Positions 49,801 to 58,500 of a stretch of DNA of 64,000 bases are shown one piece after another. The notes under the pieces are model-generated. The model was not told the DNA's origin. It made no database searches and saw only the letters and a list, made by a program, of their open reading frames with translations. The position numbers and the translations under genes are program-made. The DNA is taken from NCBI GenBank assembly GCA_017403345.1, contig JAFQOH010000025.1, positions 25,602 to 89,601 of the forward strand, read 5' to 3'. This DNA comes from Thermoguttaceae bacterium. Its GTDB lineage: Bacteria; Planctomycetota; Planctomycetia; Pirellulales; Thermoguttaceae. Positions within the stretch are counted from its first letter, which is position 1. Each line of letters opens with the position of its first letter.

Positions 49801-50181
49801 GCAGTCAGATCAGTAGGCACTTCTGAAGATCCCTTTCTTTTAGAGACCGTGACCCGGCAGGCCTCCAATGCCGTACTGACGGTCTTCCCTGTCTGTACTC
49901 CTGCAGGAAACACCTCAACGGAATGGTTCACCACGTCAAAAGAAGGGGTGCATCCCAAACTTCTGCACTCCGTTCAAGCCGTTGAACCAAAATTCCTCAT
50001 GGTCCTCATCCCCCGACAGGACGATTATGCGGCACTGCCGACCGTAAAAGCGCTGCACACAGCCCCAGAGCAAATCGGCACAGAGATCCAATGGCCCTGC
50101 GGCCGCGTTGACAGGATCGTATTTCGTCCGGGAGAAAACGGCATGATTCCGGAATTTCAGAGAGAGACCAGTCCGAAGTAA
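46864..50181 (+). CDS. Secreted heparinase II/III-like polysaccharide lyase family protein
   Basis: Signal peptide. HPRLLLHGKRLERIRAKASEG (N-terminal alpha/alpha-toroid entry motif). HAAGHDQSDKGTFTLRAFGADMVIDSGYG ... SSFAHNVVLIDGQGQ (heparinase II/III signature). Confidence 0.75.
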   Translation: MNHFIPLFFICGILSSIFTLHAVPLTAAEQNVPASSVPAASSPPIAHTDSLSPVSDTERLSLMPEENSSWKDSWNFKKNVKLERNSELDLLSVEIDPSEFDFGWFQRKIPNGDLSQFCGIYGRFRVPPGNFGKKLHAMMVLATSGKPSEYYTQEIGRCADSAGNWVEFFLPFSQFTPSRNASARAFGTHLLKPGDALEISISVGTTPMKIEFDSLRFVLKEEEATLGRRVARMRFMRLLKPGSEIGGNVHPRLLLHGKRLERIRAKASEGGIQQAGFERLMELAEDAMKKIDAEAPLKRAFAYELNPEMTPHQNRGRFEGTLNPLVIPLETLAAAAVISGNERYGKHAARALVNMARTLDVHSPEISQGFYYTRTFYVRTLAFGYDWLYHWLTPEERMEVKATLLGFIDDIYTRSWEGSWGRHPLDRVWNWDPGLVSCAGLGILAMEGETLAAEEAMLFQFRRHLRDYLTLGIDFDGCCHEGPAYLSYGIGAGPHFAECLRDRGLGDLFVETNWKLTPIWLTAELLPNRRQWNNLSDCGSGQAAGSPVYAYTCGRLAELAKTDPVRRGEKLEIPKETFSGLSYLAHFQETPGPRHLSMGALAELMGWCWNHGSGARAPENFGDAAALAFVLFYEECPIAEDPGIYLPKLQFFRGRGLVVARDGGYGKNALHLAVEAGPHAAGHDQSDKGTFTLRAFGADMVIDSGYGNDGNPNASGSSFAHNVVLIDGQGQPMNWHNSSDGEITGIRHSETFDWIRTSALNAWNFRYAAKQRIPTGQEVEKADRHYILVRSTDDGIPPYVVTFDDFRKKDGSEHEFTWQWHIPPENRFQIGETSWTSVPTGGSYRVLTTRPDKCRGKAVFELTAPETGRFQIAGFTRCAGADPGKSDSFWVKLNGGPRSCWDLVNSLNFTWSLLKDREAGTPHTLYLTKGEKVRCEISAREPEAQLAFLALTPADEGLPPFPDDETSIPEDGSILGAFSAVRSVGTSEDPFLLETVTRQASNAVLTVFPVCTPAGNTSTEWFTTSKEGVHPKLLHSVQAVEPKFLMVLIPRQDDYAALPTVKALHTAPEQIGTEIQWPCGRVDRIVFRPGENGMIPEFQRETSPK

Positions 50182-50215
50182 AAAACACGAAATACGTAAA
50201 AATGGAGAAAAACGC

Positions 50216-50255
50216 GAAACGGGGAGACGCCAAAACAAAACGTACTCCCCGTTTC
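50216..50255. terminator. Strong hairpin between convergent heparinase-like and kinase genes
   Basis: Perfect 11-bp stem gaaacggggag / ctccccgtttc. On the minus strand it is followed by gcgtttttctc. A second hairpin ccgaaga/tcttcgg lies at 50331-50349, just past the kinase stop. Confidence 0.6.
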
Positions 50256-50356
50256 TGATCCGTTTCCTGCGGCTTAACGCTCACTGTATTCAGCCTGAAA
50301 CGTGCCGGCAAAGTTTTGAAAATGTACCGACCGAAGAAACACTCTTCGGCCAGAGT

Positions 50357-51529
50357 TTAGCAAAACTGACCAATGAGCCAACAGATCGCAATAAATATTA
50401 TAAAGATAACACAGCCTGTGGCTTCGTTATCGGCCGATGGCGATGTTGCCGGTGCTGTTGCCGGTGCGGTCGGCGGTGCGGTCGGCGGCGGTGTCGTTGC
50501 CGAACCCTGCGCTCCTCCGCCATTCTGTTTGGCGGCCTGATTGATGGTATTTGGATACCCTGTATGTCTGGGACCGGAAGGTCTCTGGATCCTTCCCGGC
50601 TGCGGCAGACCAGCCAACACATTGTACCACTCATCCGGCGTTGGACGTCTTTTCTGGCCTGAGGGATTATTTACCGGATGGGTATCATGGAACGCACGCT
50701 TGAAAAGCTCGCGGATCTCCGCCGACAACGCATTCCAGCGATCCACACAGTGCGGATCGATCAGGGACGGATTCTGCGTGTAAGCAAAAAATCCCAGCTT
50801 CACGCATTCTTCATGACTTGACGGACCGTTTTTATGAGGATACGGCTGAACCATTCCATAAAACATGAACAGATGGAAAAAAAGGTACGCCAGTACATAA
50901 TTTTCTTCATCACACGTTCGTATGCGATTCGGATTCTGTAACCGCTCGGGACTGATATAAGTAGGCAACTGAACGTCGCATTCATGCCCGCCGATCATAA
51001 AACTGTCACTGTCGATGAGAGTAATATGATTGTTTTTTTCATTGAGTATGATATTCTGCGGCTGAAGGTCGCCCACGATAATCGGCCACTCGTTTTTCCC
51101 AATGTTAATATTATGCAGTGCACGGATCGTTTTTGCAATGTTTCTCGCGATATTTAGGATCGCATACTCATCCATCGTTTGGGAATTGTACATCTGAGTA
51201 AACCATTCACTCAGTTTGATCCCGTGGACTCGCGGAACGATATATCCCTGAAACTTATGCTGATAATAAACCGCATTCTGGATCCAGCACACATTGGACG
51301 TGATCTGCGAAAGCCCTGCGTGCATTGCTTCAAATGCCTCGATCTTCTGACGAAGCATATCCCATTTTTCGGGATCTGCTCTTTTATTGGATTTATATAT
51401 TTTCAACAGAAGATGCGATTTGCCCTGTATTTCATAAACGATCCCCTCTCCGCCCTCTGCGACTCGAGGACCGATCTTGTACCGGGTACCGTCCTTAAGA
51501 AAGACATTATTACCTGTTGTTGGAATCAT
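50357..51529 (-). CDS. Tail-anchored Ser/Thr protein kinase-like protein (TerY-P triad kinase)
   Basis: Gly loop AEGGEGIVYEI, Lys in LLLKIYK, catalytic loop IIVGDLQPQNIIL, LIDSDSF (DFG-equivalent) and YISPERL (APE-equivalent). C-terminal TPPPTAPPTAPATAPATSP linker plus TM GCVIFIIFIAICWLIGQFC. Confidence 0.75.
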   Translation of the reverse strand: MIPTTGNNVFLKDGTRYKIGPRVAEGGEGIVYEIQGKSHLLLKIYKSNKRADPEKWDMLRQKIEAFEAMHAGLSQITSNVCWIQNAVYYQHKFQGYIVPRVHGIKLSEWFTQMYNSQTMDEYAILNIARNIAKTIRALHNINIGKNEWPIIVGDLQPQNIILNEKNNHITLIDSDSFMIGGHECDVQLPTYISPERLQNPNRIRTCDEENYVLAYLFFHLFMFYGMVQPYPHKNGPSSHEECVKLGFFAYTQNPSLIDPHCVDRWNALSAEIRELFKRAFHDTHPVNNPSGQKRRPTPDEWYNVLAGLPQPGRIQRPSGPRHTGYPNTINQAAKQNGGGAQGSATTPPPTAPPTAPATAPATSPSADNEATGCVIFIIFIAICWLIGQFC

Positions 51530-51570
51530 GTTATTACCTGATCTAAATCTTGAACCTTCTTTCGTTTATC

Positions 51571-54054
51571 CTAGAATTCCGAGGGCTTGTCAAATACTTC
51601 AACAGAGGGAGTATACGGTGTCTTTCCAAAATCTTCCACGGGATTTGGAGAGACAGCCGGACTCTGAACACTAGCTCCGGCACCATTCGGTCCCTGACGG
51701 TTAGTCTGATCGGCATTTCCGTTACGATTCAGTCCCTGACCGTTAGCCTGATCGGCATTTCCGTTACGATTCAGTCCCTGACCGTTAGTCTGATCGGCAT
51801 TTCCGGCACCATTCGGTCCCTGACCGTTAGACTGATCGGCATTTCCGTTACGATTCAGTCCCTGACCGTTAGCCTGATCGGCATTTTCAGCACCATTCGG
51901 TCCCCAACCGTTAGTCTGATCGGCATTTTCGGCACCATTCGGTCCCCAACCGTTAGCCTGATCGGCATTTCCGTTACGATTCAGTTCCTGACCGTTAGCC
52001 TGATCGGCATTTCCGTTACGATTCAGTCCCTGACCGTTAGCCTGATCGGCATTTCCGTTACGATTCAGTCCCTGACCGTTAGCCTGATCGGCATTTCCGT
52101 TACGATTCAGTCCCTGACCGTTAGTCTGATCGGCATTTTCGGCACCATTCGGTCCCTGAACGTTAGACTGATCAGCATTTCCGTTACGATTCGGTCCCTG
52201 AACGTTAGACTGATCGGCATTTTCGGCACCATTCGGTCCCTGAACGTTAGACTGATCAGCATTTCCGTTACGATTCGGTCCCTGACCGTTAGCCTGATCG
52301 GCATTTCCGGCTCCATTCAGTTCCCAACCGTAATTCTGACCGCCATCCGATTCCTGAACGCTATCAGGAGCGACTTTTTCGTCATCTTGCGAAACATCTT
52401 CCGAGATCATAGGACTGGGATCACCGCTCTTCGGTTCCGGTGGAATTTTAGGTTCAGAATCAGTTTTCTCGTGACCGAACTCCTGCGTCTCTGCATCTTT
52501 GCCGGTTTTGTGCATCATTTCTTCGATTTTTTTAGAATCTTCACCGTCCGTACTCTCCTTGAACTCCGGAGGCGGCGATTGGAACGCTCCCTTATCCATG
52601 ACCATAGGCCGTAATACAAGATATCCAAAAAAGACAATGAAACTGAGCAGCACGCCGATTATAAAAATGCAAACCATCTCCATACCCCTCTCATTGCTGC
52701 TCGGATCGGAAGTCGGCGTACTTGGATCAGATTTCGGCCTAGCCGGAGCAGAGGTCGGGTGCGTGCCCGAATTGGATGTCAGACGTGTGCCCGAATTGGG
52801 AGTCAGACGCGTGCCCGGATCAGAGGTCGTACGTGTGCCCGGATCGGCGGTCAGGCGCGTACCCAGTATGTCTCGCCCCGAAATCGGTTTCGGATCCGAC
52901 ATTGAAGGCACAGACTGCGTCGTTTTCTTTCGCGGCTCATAAGGGACAGGCTGAAATTCGATCTTCTGTTCCTGCTGCGGCATCATGCTCTTTTTGATAA
53001 GTCCGAGAGTACAGTCGTCAAAGACCTTGATCTCCTGCATCTGTTTGATGGCGTCGATGATTTTTTCATGCGACCTGCGCGGAGTATCCAAATCCGTCAG
53101 CAGCGAGGCAAATAGTTCCGACGTCGACGGTTCAAACGGCACCCACTTCTCGATCAAACACTGTTCCGGACCATCGGAAAACAGCATGAAATCAGAAAGC
53201 CGCTTTTCACGAAATTGCGGCATTTCCGAATGCAGGAGCCTCATTTTTTCGATCGCATTCTCACTCGTGATGAAGGTCGTCGTATTGGAATGCTCACCAT
53301 TGTCGGGAGCAGAAAGCACAAAAGGTTTCCGTTCCCATTCGTCTATGGCGAAAATACCTCCGTCCCCCAGATGCAGCGTGACCCAGCTTCCGTCATCTCC
53401 CACGAGACACGCAACGATCGTGCAGCCGTATTCATTGTACGGACACTCGGTCTGCCCGATGATCGTTCGTTCATTTTCCGAATCCAGAAGCCCTCTCTCA
53501 CGGACCAGCCTCGGCAGCTCCGACTCAACGAAACGCTGCCATTGGGGCAAAAGTACCGTGTAAAGTTTCTGTCTGGCATAATGATCGATCCCCTTGCAGT
53601 TTCCTTTAGACGCGGGCGGCAGTTTTTCTACGATACACGAGCGGCTCCATTCGGAAATAATATTTTTCATTTGGTTTCCCAGAAACGCGCTATAATCATC
53701 AGAGGCAAGATTCCCTATTTTTGTCAGCTCTTCATGAATGCGAAACTTCCACTCATCCGCGAACAGATCGAAAATTGCCTGCCGTAAAGAAGTTTTCGCG
53801 TTCAAAAGCTCACGTTCTGAAAAACGAGAAAAACTATCCGCATTCCTAAAAAGCCATTCCACAACATAACGGCTGGTAATTTCCGCACCGATCTGGCTCC
53901 ACGCACAGCTTCCCCCGCCGTCGCAAACGCACAATGCCGTGTAAGTCCGGCCTCTGATCTTTCGAATTTCCGCATAAGCTGCATCTTCACAGGGAGTATT
54001 ATCTGCAACATGCGATCTTCCCTGAACGGAAGCATAAGATACAATGTGACTCAT
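51571..54054 (-). CDS. PP2C-family phosphatase with central TM helix and long repeat-containing exported tail
   Basis: N-terminal PP2C_2-like motifs SVQGRSHVADNTPCEDAAY, ALCVCDGGGS, TLHLGDGGIFAI, LFSDGPEQ. TM MVCIFIIGVLLSFIVFFGYLVL. Then an acidic segment and 15 x ~14-aa NGNADQANGQGLNR repeats. ATG 54054 is preceded by gaaagga. Confidence 0.75.
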   Translation of the reverse strand: MSHIVSYASVQGRSHVADNTPCEDAAYAEIRKIRGRTYTALCVCDGGGSCAWSQIGAEITSRYVVEWLFRNADSFSRFSERELLNAKTSLRQAIFDLFADEWKFRIHEELTKIGNLASDDYSAFLGNQMKNIISEWSRSCIVEKLPPASKGNCKGIDHYARQKLYTVLLPQWQRFVESELPRLVRERGLLDSENERTIIGQTECPYNEYGCTIVACLVGDDGSWVTLHLGDGGIFAIDEWERKPFVLSAPDNGEHSNTTTFITSENAIEKMRLLHSEMPQFREKRLSDFMLFSDGPEQCLIEKWVPFEPSTSELFASLLTDLDTPRRSHEKIIDAIKQMQEIKVFDDCTLGLIKKSMMPQQEQKIEFQPVPYEPRKKTTQSVPSMSDPKPISGRDILGTRLTADPGTRTTSDPGTRLTPNSGTRLTSNSGTHPTSAPARPKSDPSTPTSDPSSNERGMEMVCIFIIGVLLSFIVFFGYLVLRPMVMDKGAFQSPPPEFKESTDGEDSKKIEEMMHKTGKDAETQEFGHEKTDSEPKIPPEPKSGDPSPMISEDVSQDDEKVAPDSVQESDGGQNYGWELNGAGNADQANGQGPNRNGNADQSNVQGPNGAENADQSNVQGPNRNGNADQSNVQGPNGAENADQTNGQGLNRNGNADQANGQGLNRNGNADQANGQGLNRNGNADQANGQELNRNGNADQANGWGPNGAENADQTNGWGPNGAENADQANGQGLNRNGNADQSNGQGPNGAGNADQTNGQGLNRNGNADQANGQGLNRNGNADQTNRQGPNGAGASVQSPAVSPNPVEDFGKTPYTPSVEVFDKPSEF
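51676..52335 (-). repeat. In-frame 42-bp tandem repeat, ~15 copies
   Basis: Plus-strand unit gtccctgaccgttagcctgatcggcatttccgttacgattca with a few point variants. Fifteen NADQ-containing peptide units were counted in the translation. Confidence 0.9.
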
Positions 54055-54130
54055 GATCTTTCCTTTCAATTCTATTTTTTGTTAAATTCCAGATGATCCG
54101 ACGATCCCAAACCGCCAAATGATACTGAAA

Positions 54131-54286
54131 TCAAAGTTCACTTTTTACGTCAAACGCTCTCAAGAGCATCTCTATACCGATGCGAACCGACCGGCGCCAT
54201 CAAATAGAACCGGAAATATCGATATAAAAGACACGTGGAAGAAATGGACTGCTTCCATAACGGAAACTGCCATTTTCAGAATTCAT
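54131..54286 (-). pseudogene. Collapsed remnant of a second TerY-like vWA gene
   Basis: Minus-strand frame reads MNSENGSFRYGSSPFLPRVFYIDISGSI*WRRSVRIGIEMLLRAFDVKSEL*. Its N-part aligns with the N-terminus of the intact neighbour (GNGPFLPVIFCMDVSGSM). Its C-part aligns with that neighbour's C-terminus (IDMEQLMRAFDVKR*). Both parts are in the same frame, with an in-frame stop at 54200-54202. Confidence 0.6.
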
Positions 54287-54360
54287 TTTTGCCAAACTCT
54301 TTGATCGACATTAGTCCCTCCGATACTCCGAAGAATACCGGAGGTCCAAAATTCAAGCAT

Positions 54361-55053
54361 TTACCGTTTCACATCAAACGCTCTCATGAGCTGTTCCATA
54401 TCGATCTGATGGCCGGCGTCAGTATTCGATCTTGCCGTCGCGCTGGCACTCATCGAGAAGAATTTGAAAAATTCCGCAAAAGAATTCGTATCTTTCAAAG
54501 AAAGAGCGATCCCTTCGGTACTGAAACTCTTGAGAGTTTCCCAATCGACACCGTCGCCAATTCCGATGGGGAACGAAACGAGTTTTCTAGCTTTACAGAG
54601 GGAAATGACCTCGTTGGCCGCATTGCGAACGTCAGTCGCATCTTCCTGCGTGGATTTCATCCCGGTATAGTGTGCGCCGTCCGTAAAAAGGACGATCCAC
54701 GGCTGATAGTAAGTCACGCCGTCACGCTGGTATTCCTTTTTTTTCTCATTGAGGATCTCAAGCGCTTTGTTCACTGCGCCGGCGAGATCCGTACAGCCAT
54801 CGGCTTGAAGAACTGGAAGATTCCAGTTCGACACGGCTTCGAAATCCTGAACGACATGGACATTACTTTCAAACGTAATGACCGCGCCGCGAACGACTTT
54901 ATTCGCCTGTTCATCGCTTTGGACATCCCTGACGAACTGCCGAAAACCATCCTGCATTGCTGCGATATTATGCAGCATGGAGCCAGAAACGTCCATGCAG
55001 AAAATCACAGGAAGAAACGGACCATTGCCTGTTGGGAAAACGAAATCTTGCAT
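54361..55053 (-). CDS. TerY-like von Willebrand factor A domain protein
   Basis: MIDAS DxSxS in LPVIFCMDVSGSM. Later vWA motifs TDLAGAVNKAL and WIVLFTDGAHYTG. ATG 55053 (aaagga upstream) is preferred. The ORF track starts at GTG 55116. Confidence 0.8.
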   Translation of the reverse strand: MQDFVFPTGNGPFLPVIFCMDVSGSMLHNIAAMQDGFRQFVRDVQSDEQANKVVRGAVITFESNVHVVQDFEAVSNWNLPVLQADGCTDLAGAVNKALEILNEKKKEYQRDGVTYYQPWIVLFTDGAHYTGMKSTQEDATDVRNAANEVISLCKARKLVSFPIGIGDGVDWETLKSFSTEGIALSLKDTNSFAEFFKFFSMSASATARSNTDAGHQIDMEQLMRAFDVKR

Positions 55054-55134
55054 GAATCTATCCTTTCTAAAGGTCAGTAGAGTATGAAGAATCAAATTTT
55101 TATCAAATCGATTCACTGGAAATAAATTTTCCCC

Positions 55135-55161
55135 ATTTTACCCCCCCCCCCGAAAAGTCAA
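55135..55161 (-). promoter_or_regulatory. Promoter candidate with a G11 homopolymer forming most of the -35/-10 spacer
   Basis: Minus strand: TTGACT (55161-55156), tttc + 11 G (15-nt spacer, 55155-55141), TAAAAT (55140-55135). Confidence 0.5.
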
Positions 55162-55514
55162 GTACCCCCTATCTTAAATTCTTGAAAATTTTTAAATTTT
55201 AAAATTTCAGAAGATCCCAAGACCATTTTCATACGATTTCTCTGTTTGAAACTTTCGGTTTCCAGGATTTTGTCAGAAAAATCCGGATTTTGCTCTAGGC
55301 GGAATCGGAAATTCTTTCTATACTGTAGTTTTGGGGAGAAGCTGGAGCTTTTCATTTCGAGAACACTTTCGGATCCGAGATTCCTTTAGTATTGGCGCAG
55401 TCGATTTATTTAAAACAGGATCCGCTTAAAAAAACTCCGCTTCAGAGATAAAATTTCATTTTTCACACGGACACAGTCCAAATATTTCAAGCACGGGGAC
55501 GAACCGATTTGCGA

Positions 55515-58500
55515 ATGAAAGCCGTTTTTTTCATTTTGCTCTTTTTCGGATACACCGCTGCCTCTTTTGCAGGCAGTCCGGAGACGGTACGTCTGCGTTT
55601 GCGCTGGGGCGGCATCGAGAGTTCGGCATTCGGTGAAGTTCACTGCGAAAGCGGCTCGATGAGCGCACTGTCTCCGATCTCCATGGATCCAGACTGTCCC
55701 GGCGGCGCGTGGCTCGTGAACGGCAGCGTTCAGATACGTCAATCCGTCACGAAAAAATACAATGGGTTCGACGTGACGGTCCCGTACCTGCCGGACGCCA
55801 ATCTTTTGGTCCAGCTCGGTCCAGAAGCCGATTATTCGTCTGCTGTGCGTTTCGCGATACCGCTTCGTGAGATCATCCGCAGCGGCAAAACAGCTTCGCT
55901 TGCCGAGGATTCCAAATTCCAGTTTTCAGTCAGCCGCGTTCCTGGCGACGACCTCCGGATCCAGATGGACCGCGACAATCTTGTCTTCGCTCCGCGCGAT
56001 ATGTTTCAGTGTACCGTCACACCAGCGCTTTGCTGGGAAGAGCCGGTCCGAGCTGGACATAAAAAAGACCCGGCCCCCAAAAATGAAACCATTCCGCAGG
56101 CGAAGGAGATCGGCGAGCTTGAATTTTCAGTTTACCGCGGCAGAGAGACCTTTTCTGTCCACAGCGGAACGGTCCAGAATGTGCATCTCGACGGCACGAT
56201 GCCGGCTCAGATCCATTTTCCTGTCCCCGAAAATGAAGGCGTCTACGACGTCATTTTAAAACTGCGCCGTAAAACCGGAGGTAAAAATCTTCTTCAAACG
56301 CTGGGAAACACGTTCAGCGGACGAGATGCGAATGAGGAGATCCTTGCGGAACGGCGCATTCAGTTTCTTGTTTTAAATGACACGGTCATTTCCTTTTCTG
56401 ATTCCGGAAATTACGCACTAAAAATGGAGATCGACCCGAGCGTTCCTCAATGGTGGAAAAGTCTCGACCCGGACGTTCTGCGTCAGTTTGGATCCTGGTT
56501 TCCCAACGCAGCCTCCCTTCAGAACAGGAATCGGCGGATCCTCGCAGGCGAAAAGCAAAATTTCATGGAACTGCCTCAGGGTCCCCTTCCAGATACAGAT
56601 CCGGCTTGGGAAGCATTTCCGCTCATCGTCGAAAGTCCATGGATGCCGCACATTCTTGAGATCGAATACCCCGCGAACATGGAGCAGACCTACAGTCTGA
56701 GCATTCTGGAGCCGAACGCAGCAGGCGCGATCGAACCGCCTGGGATCGATTCCGGCATCAACGTCCCGCCGCAGATCGGGATCACAGCACAGACTCCCAT
56801 CCGTCTGGACAGGCATCACATCCTGTTTTGGCCGCAGAGCAAAACACCGATCCTTTTGATGGTGAACCGTCACGCACAAAATTCCGCGTACATCGGCAAG
56901 ATCCGGCTCTACCATGCAGGGAGCCATTTTGCGCCCCAAAAGAGCATTCAGACCGCATCCGGCACACAGGCCCCCCAAACGGTTCCCGACCGTGTTTCCA
57001 AACGTCTCGTTGCGCTTTTGATCAGCAAGCCAATGTTTTCGCAGACATTTTCCGCCACGGAAATGAACAATGAAACGACCGGACAGTGCATCTCCGACTG
57101 GCTCACGTTCTACGAAGGCGGGAAACGGCTCATCGAGTACATGCGGCACGTGGGATTCAATGGTCTGGTACTGTCGGTCTACTCGGACGGAAGCACCATC
57201 TATCCGAGCCGTATCCTCAATCCCACACCGCGCTATGACAATGGAACGTACTTTCCGACAGCGCAGGATCCCGTTCGAAAAGACATCACAGAGATGCTTT
57301 TCCGCATGTTCGACCGCGAAAACCTAAAACTCATCCCCTCCATGGATTTTTCCTCGCCGATCAGCAGTCTGGAAACTGCCGTTTACTTTCCCAACGCAGC
57401 GGAAGTCAGTTCGCTAGGCACGCCCGCCAGCCCGCTGCGATGGGTCAATCACCGCGGCAGGGAACTCATAACACAGCGAAAGTCCCTCAAACACGGCGCT
57501 CCGTACTACAACATCTTGAATCCGACGGTCCAGGAAACCGTTTTGCGCAGCATCGCAGAAGTGGTCCGGCGATACGGACACCATCCATCCTTCGGCGGAC
57601 TTTCACTCCAGCTTCACTCCGACAGTTTCCTCGTTCTTCCAAATCCGCAATGGGGAATGGATCCGGACAGCATCGCGAGCTTCATTCAGGACACCGGCAT
57701 GACTGTCCCCGAGGACTACATGAGCCGCGTCCGTTTTCTGACCTCTGGTCCCGGTGCGAAACAGTGGATCCAGTGGCGCGCGGCACGGATGACCATCTTC
57801 TACCGAAGAGCCGCCGCACTGCTGAGTACCATTCCGAACGCAAAACTTTACCTGAACGGCATGAAGCTCTTTTGCCTGAATGCCCATCCGGAACTCATGC
57901 CTCGACTGGACGGCATCCTTTCCGCCGAAGAGGTCTTTCTCTATTTCGGTTTGGACATGGAGCAGCTGAAACTCGTCCCCAACCTCGTCGTTTCACGGCC
58001 GCAGGAGATCCTCACGAACAAACCGCTCACCAAACAGGCGGGCGACCTTCAGTGGCAGCAGACACCAGGCACGTACCGAATGTTCCAGGACCAAAAGGAA
58101 CCCACGTCACTTTTCCACCACCCGGCAGACCTCCTGCGTCTTACGTCTTTCGATTCCGCAAGTCCCTTCAAGCCGACTTTTACGTGGATGGCGACGACCT
58201 ATGCGCAAACGACTCCGGAGGCTCGCCGACCATACGCGGAATCCCTCGCCATGCTTGACGCCTTCACCATCATGGAAGGGGGCTGGAATCCCGTTTTCGG
58301 CAAGGAAGAAGCTCTTCGCGAGACCATTTCGATCCTTTCACAGCTGCCGGCCGTTCATTTCAATTCTGCGATGAACACGACCTCCGAAACACCGCATTCC
58401 GCCTCCAGGATCGTGATATTCCGCTCCTGTTCGCAGCATGGAACGAATTACGCGTATGCCGTGAATACGACCCCATTCACAGCCATAGGGAAAGTTTACG

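Noticed and set aside
51550-52614. 354-aa plus-strand ORF with SLTVSLIGISVTIQ repeats
   Set aside because: It is the antisense frame of the 42-bp repeat in the PP2C gene. The minus-strand frame is continuous with the TM helix and the PP2C catalytic domain.
54235-55080. 281-aa plus-strand ORF
   Set aside because: It is antisense to the vWA gene, whose MIDAS and vWA motifs are clear. The plus-strand frame has no motifs.
55158-55355. 65-aa minus-strand ORF upstream of the triad promoter
   Set aside because: It lies in an AT-rich intergenic region, has a low-complexity K/F/S-rich translation and shows no RBS or homology signal.
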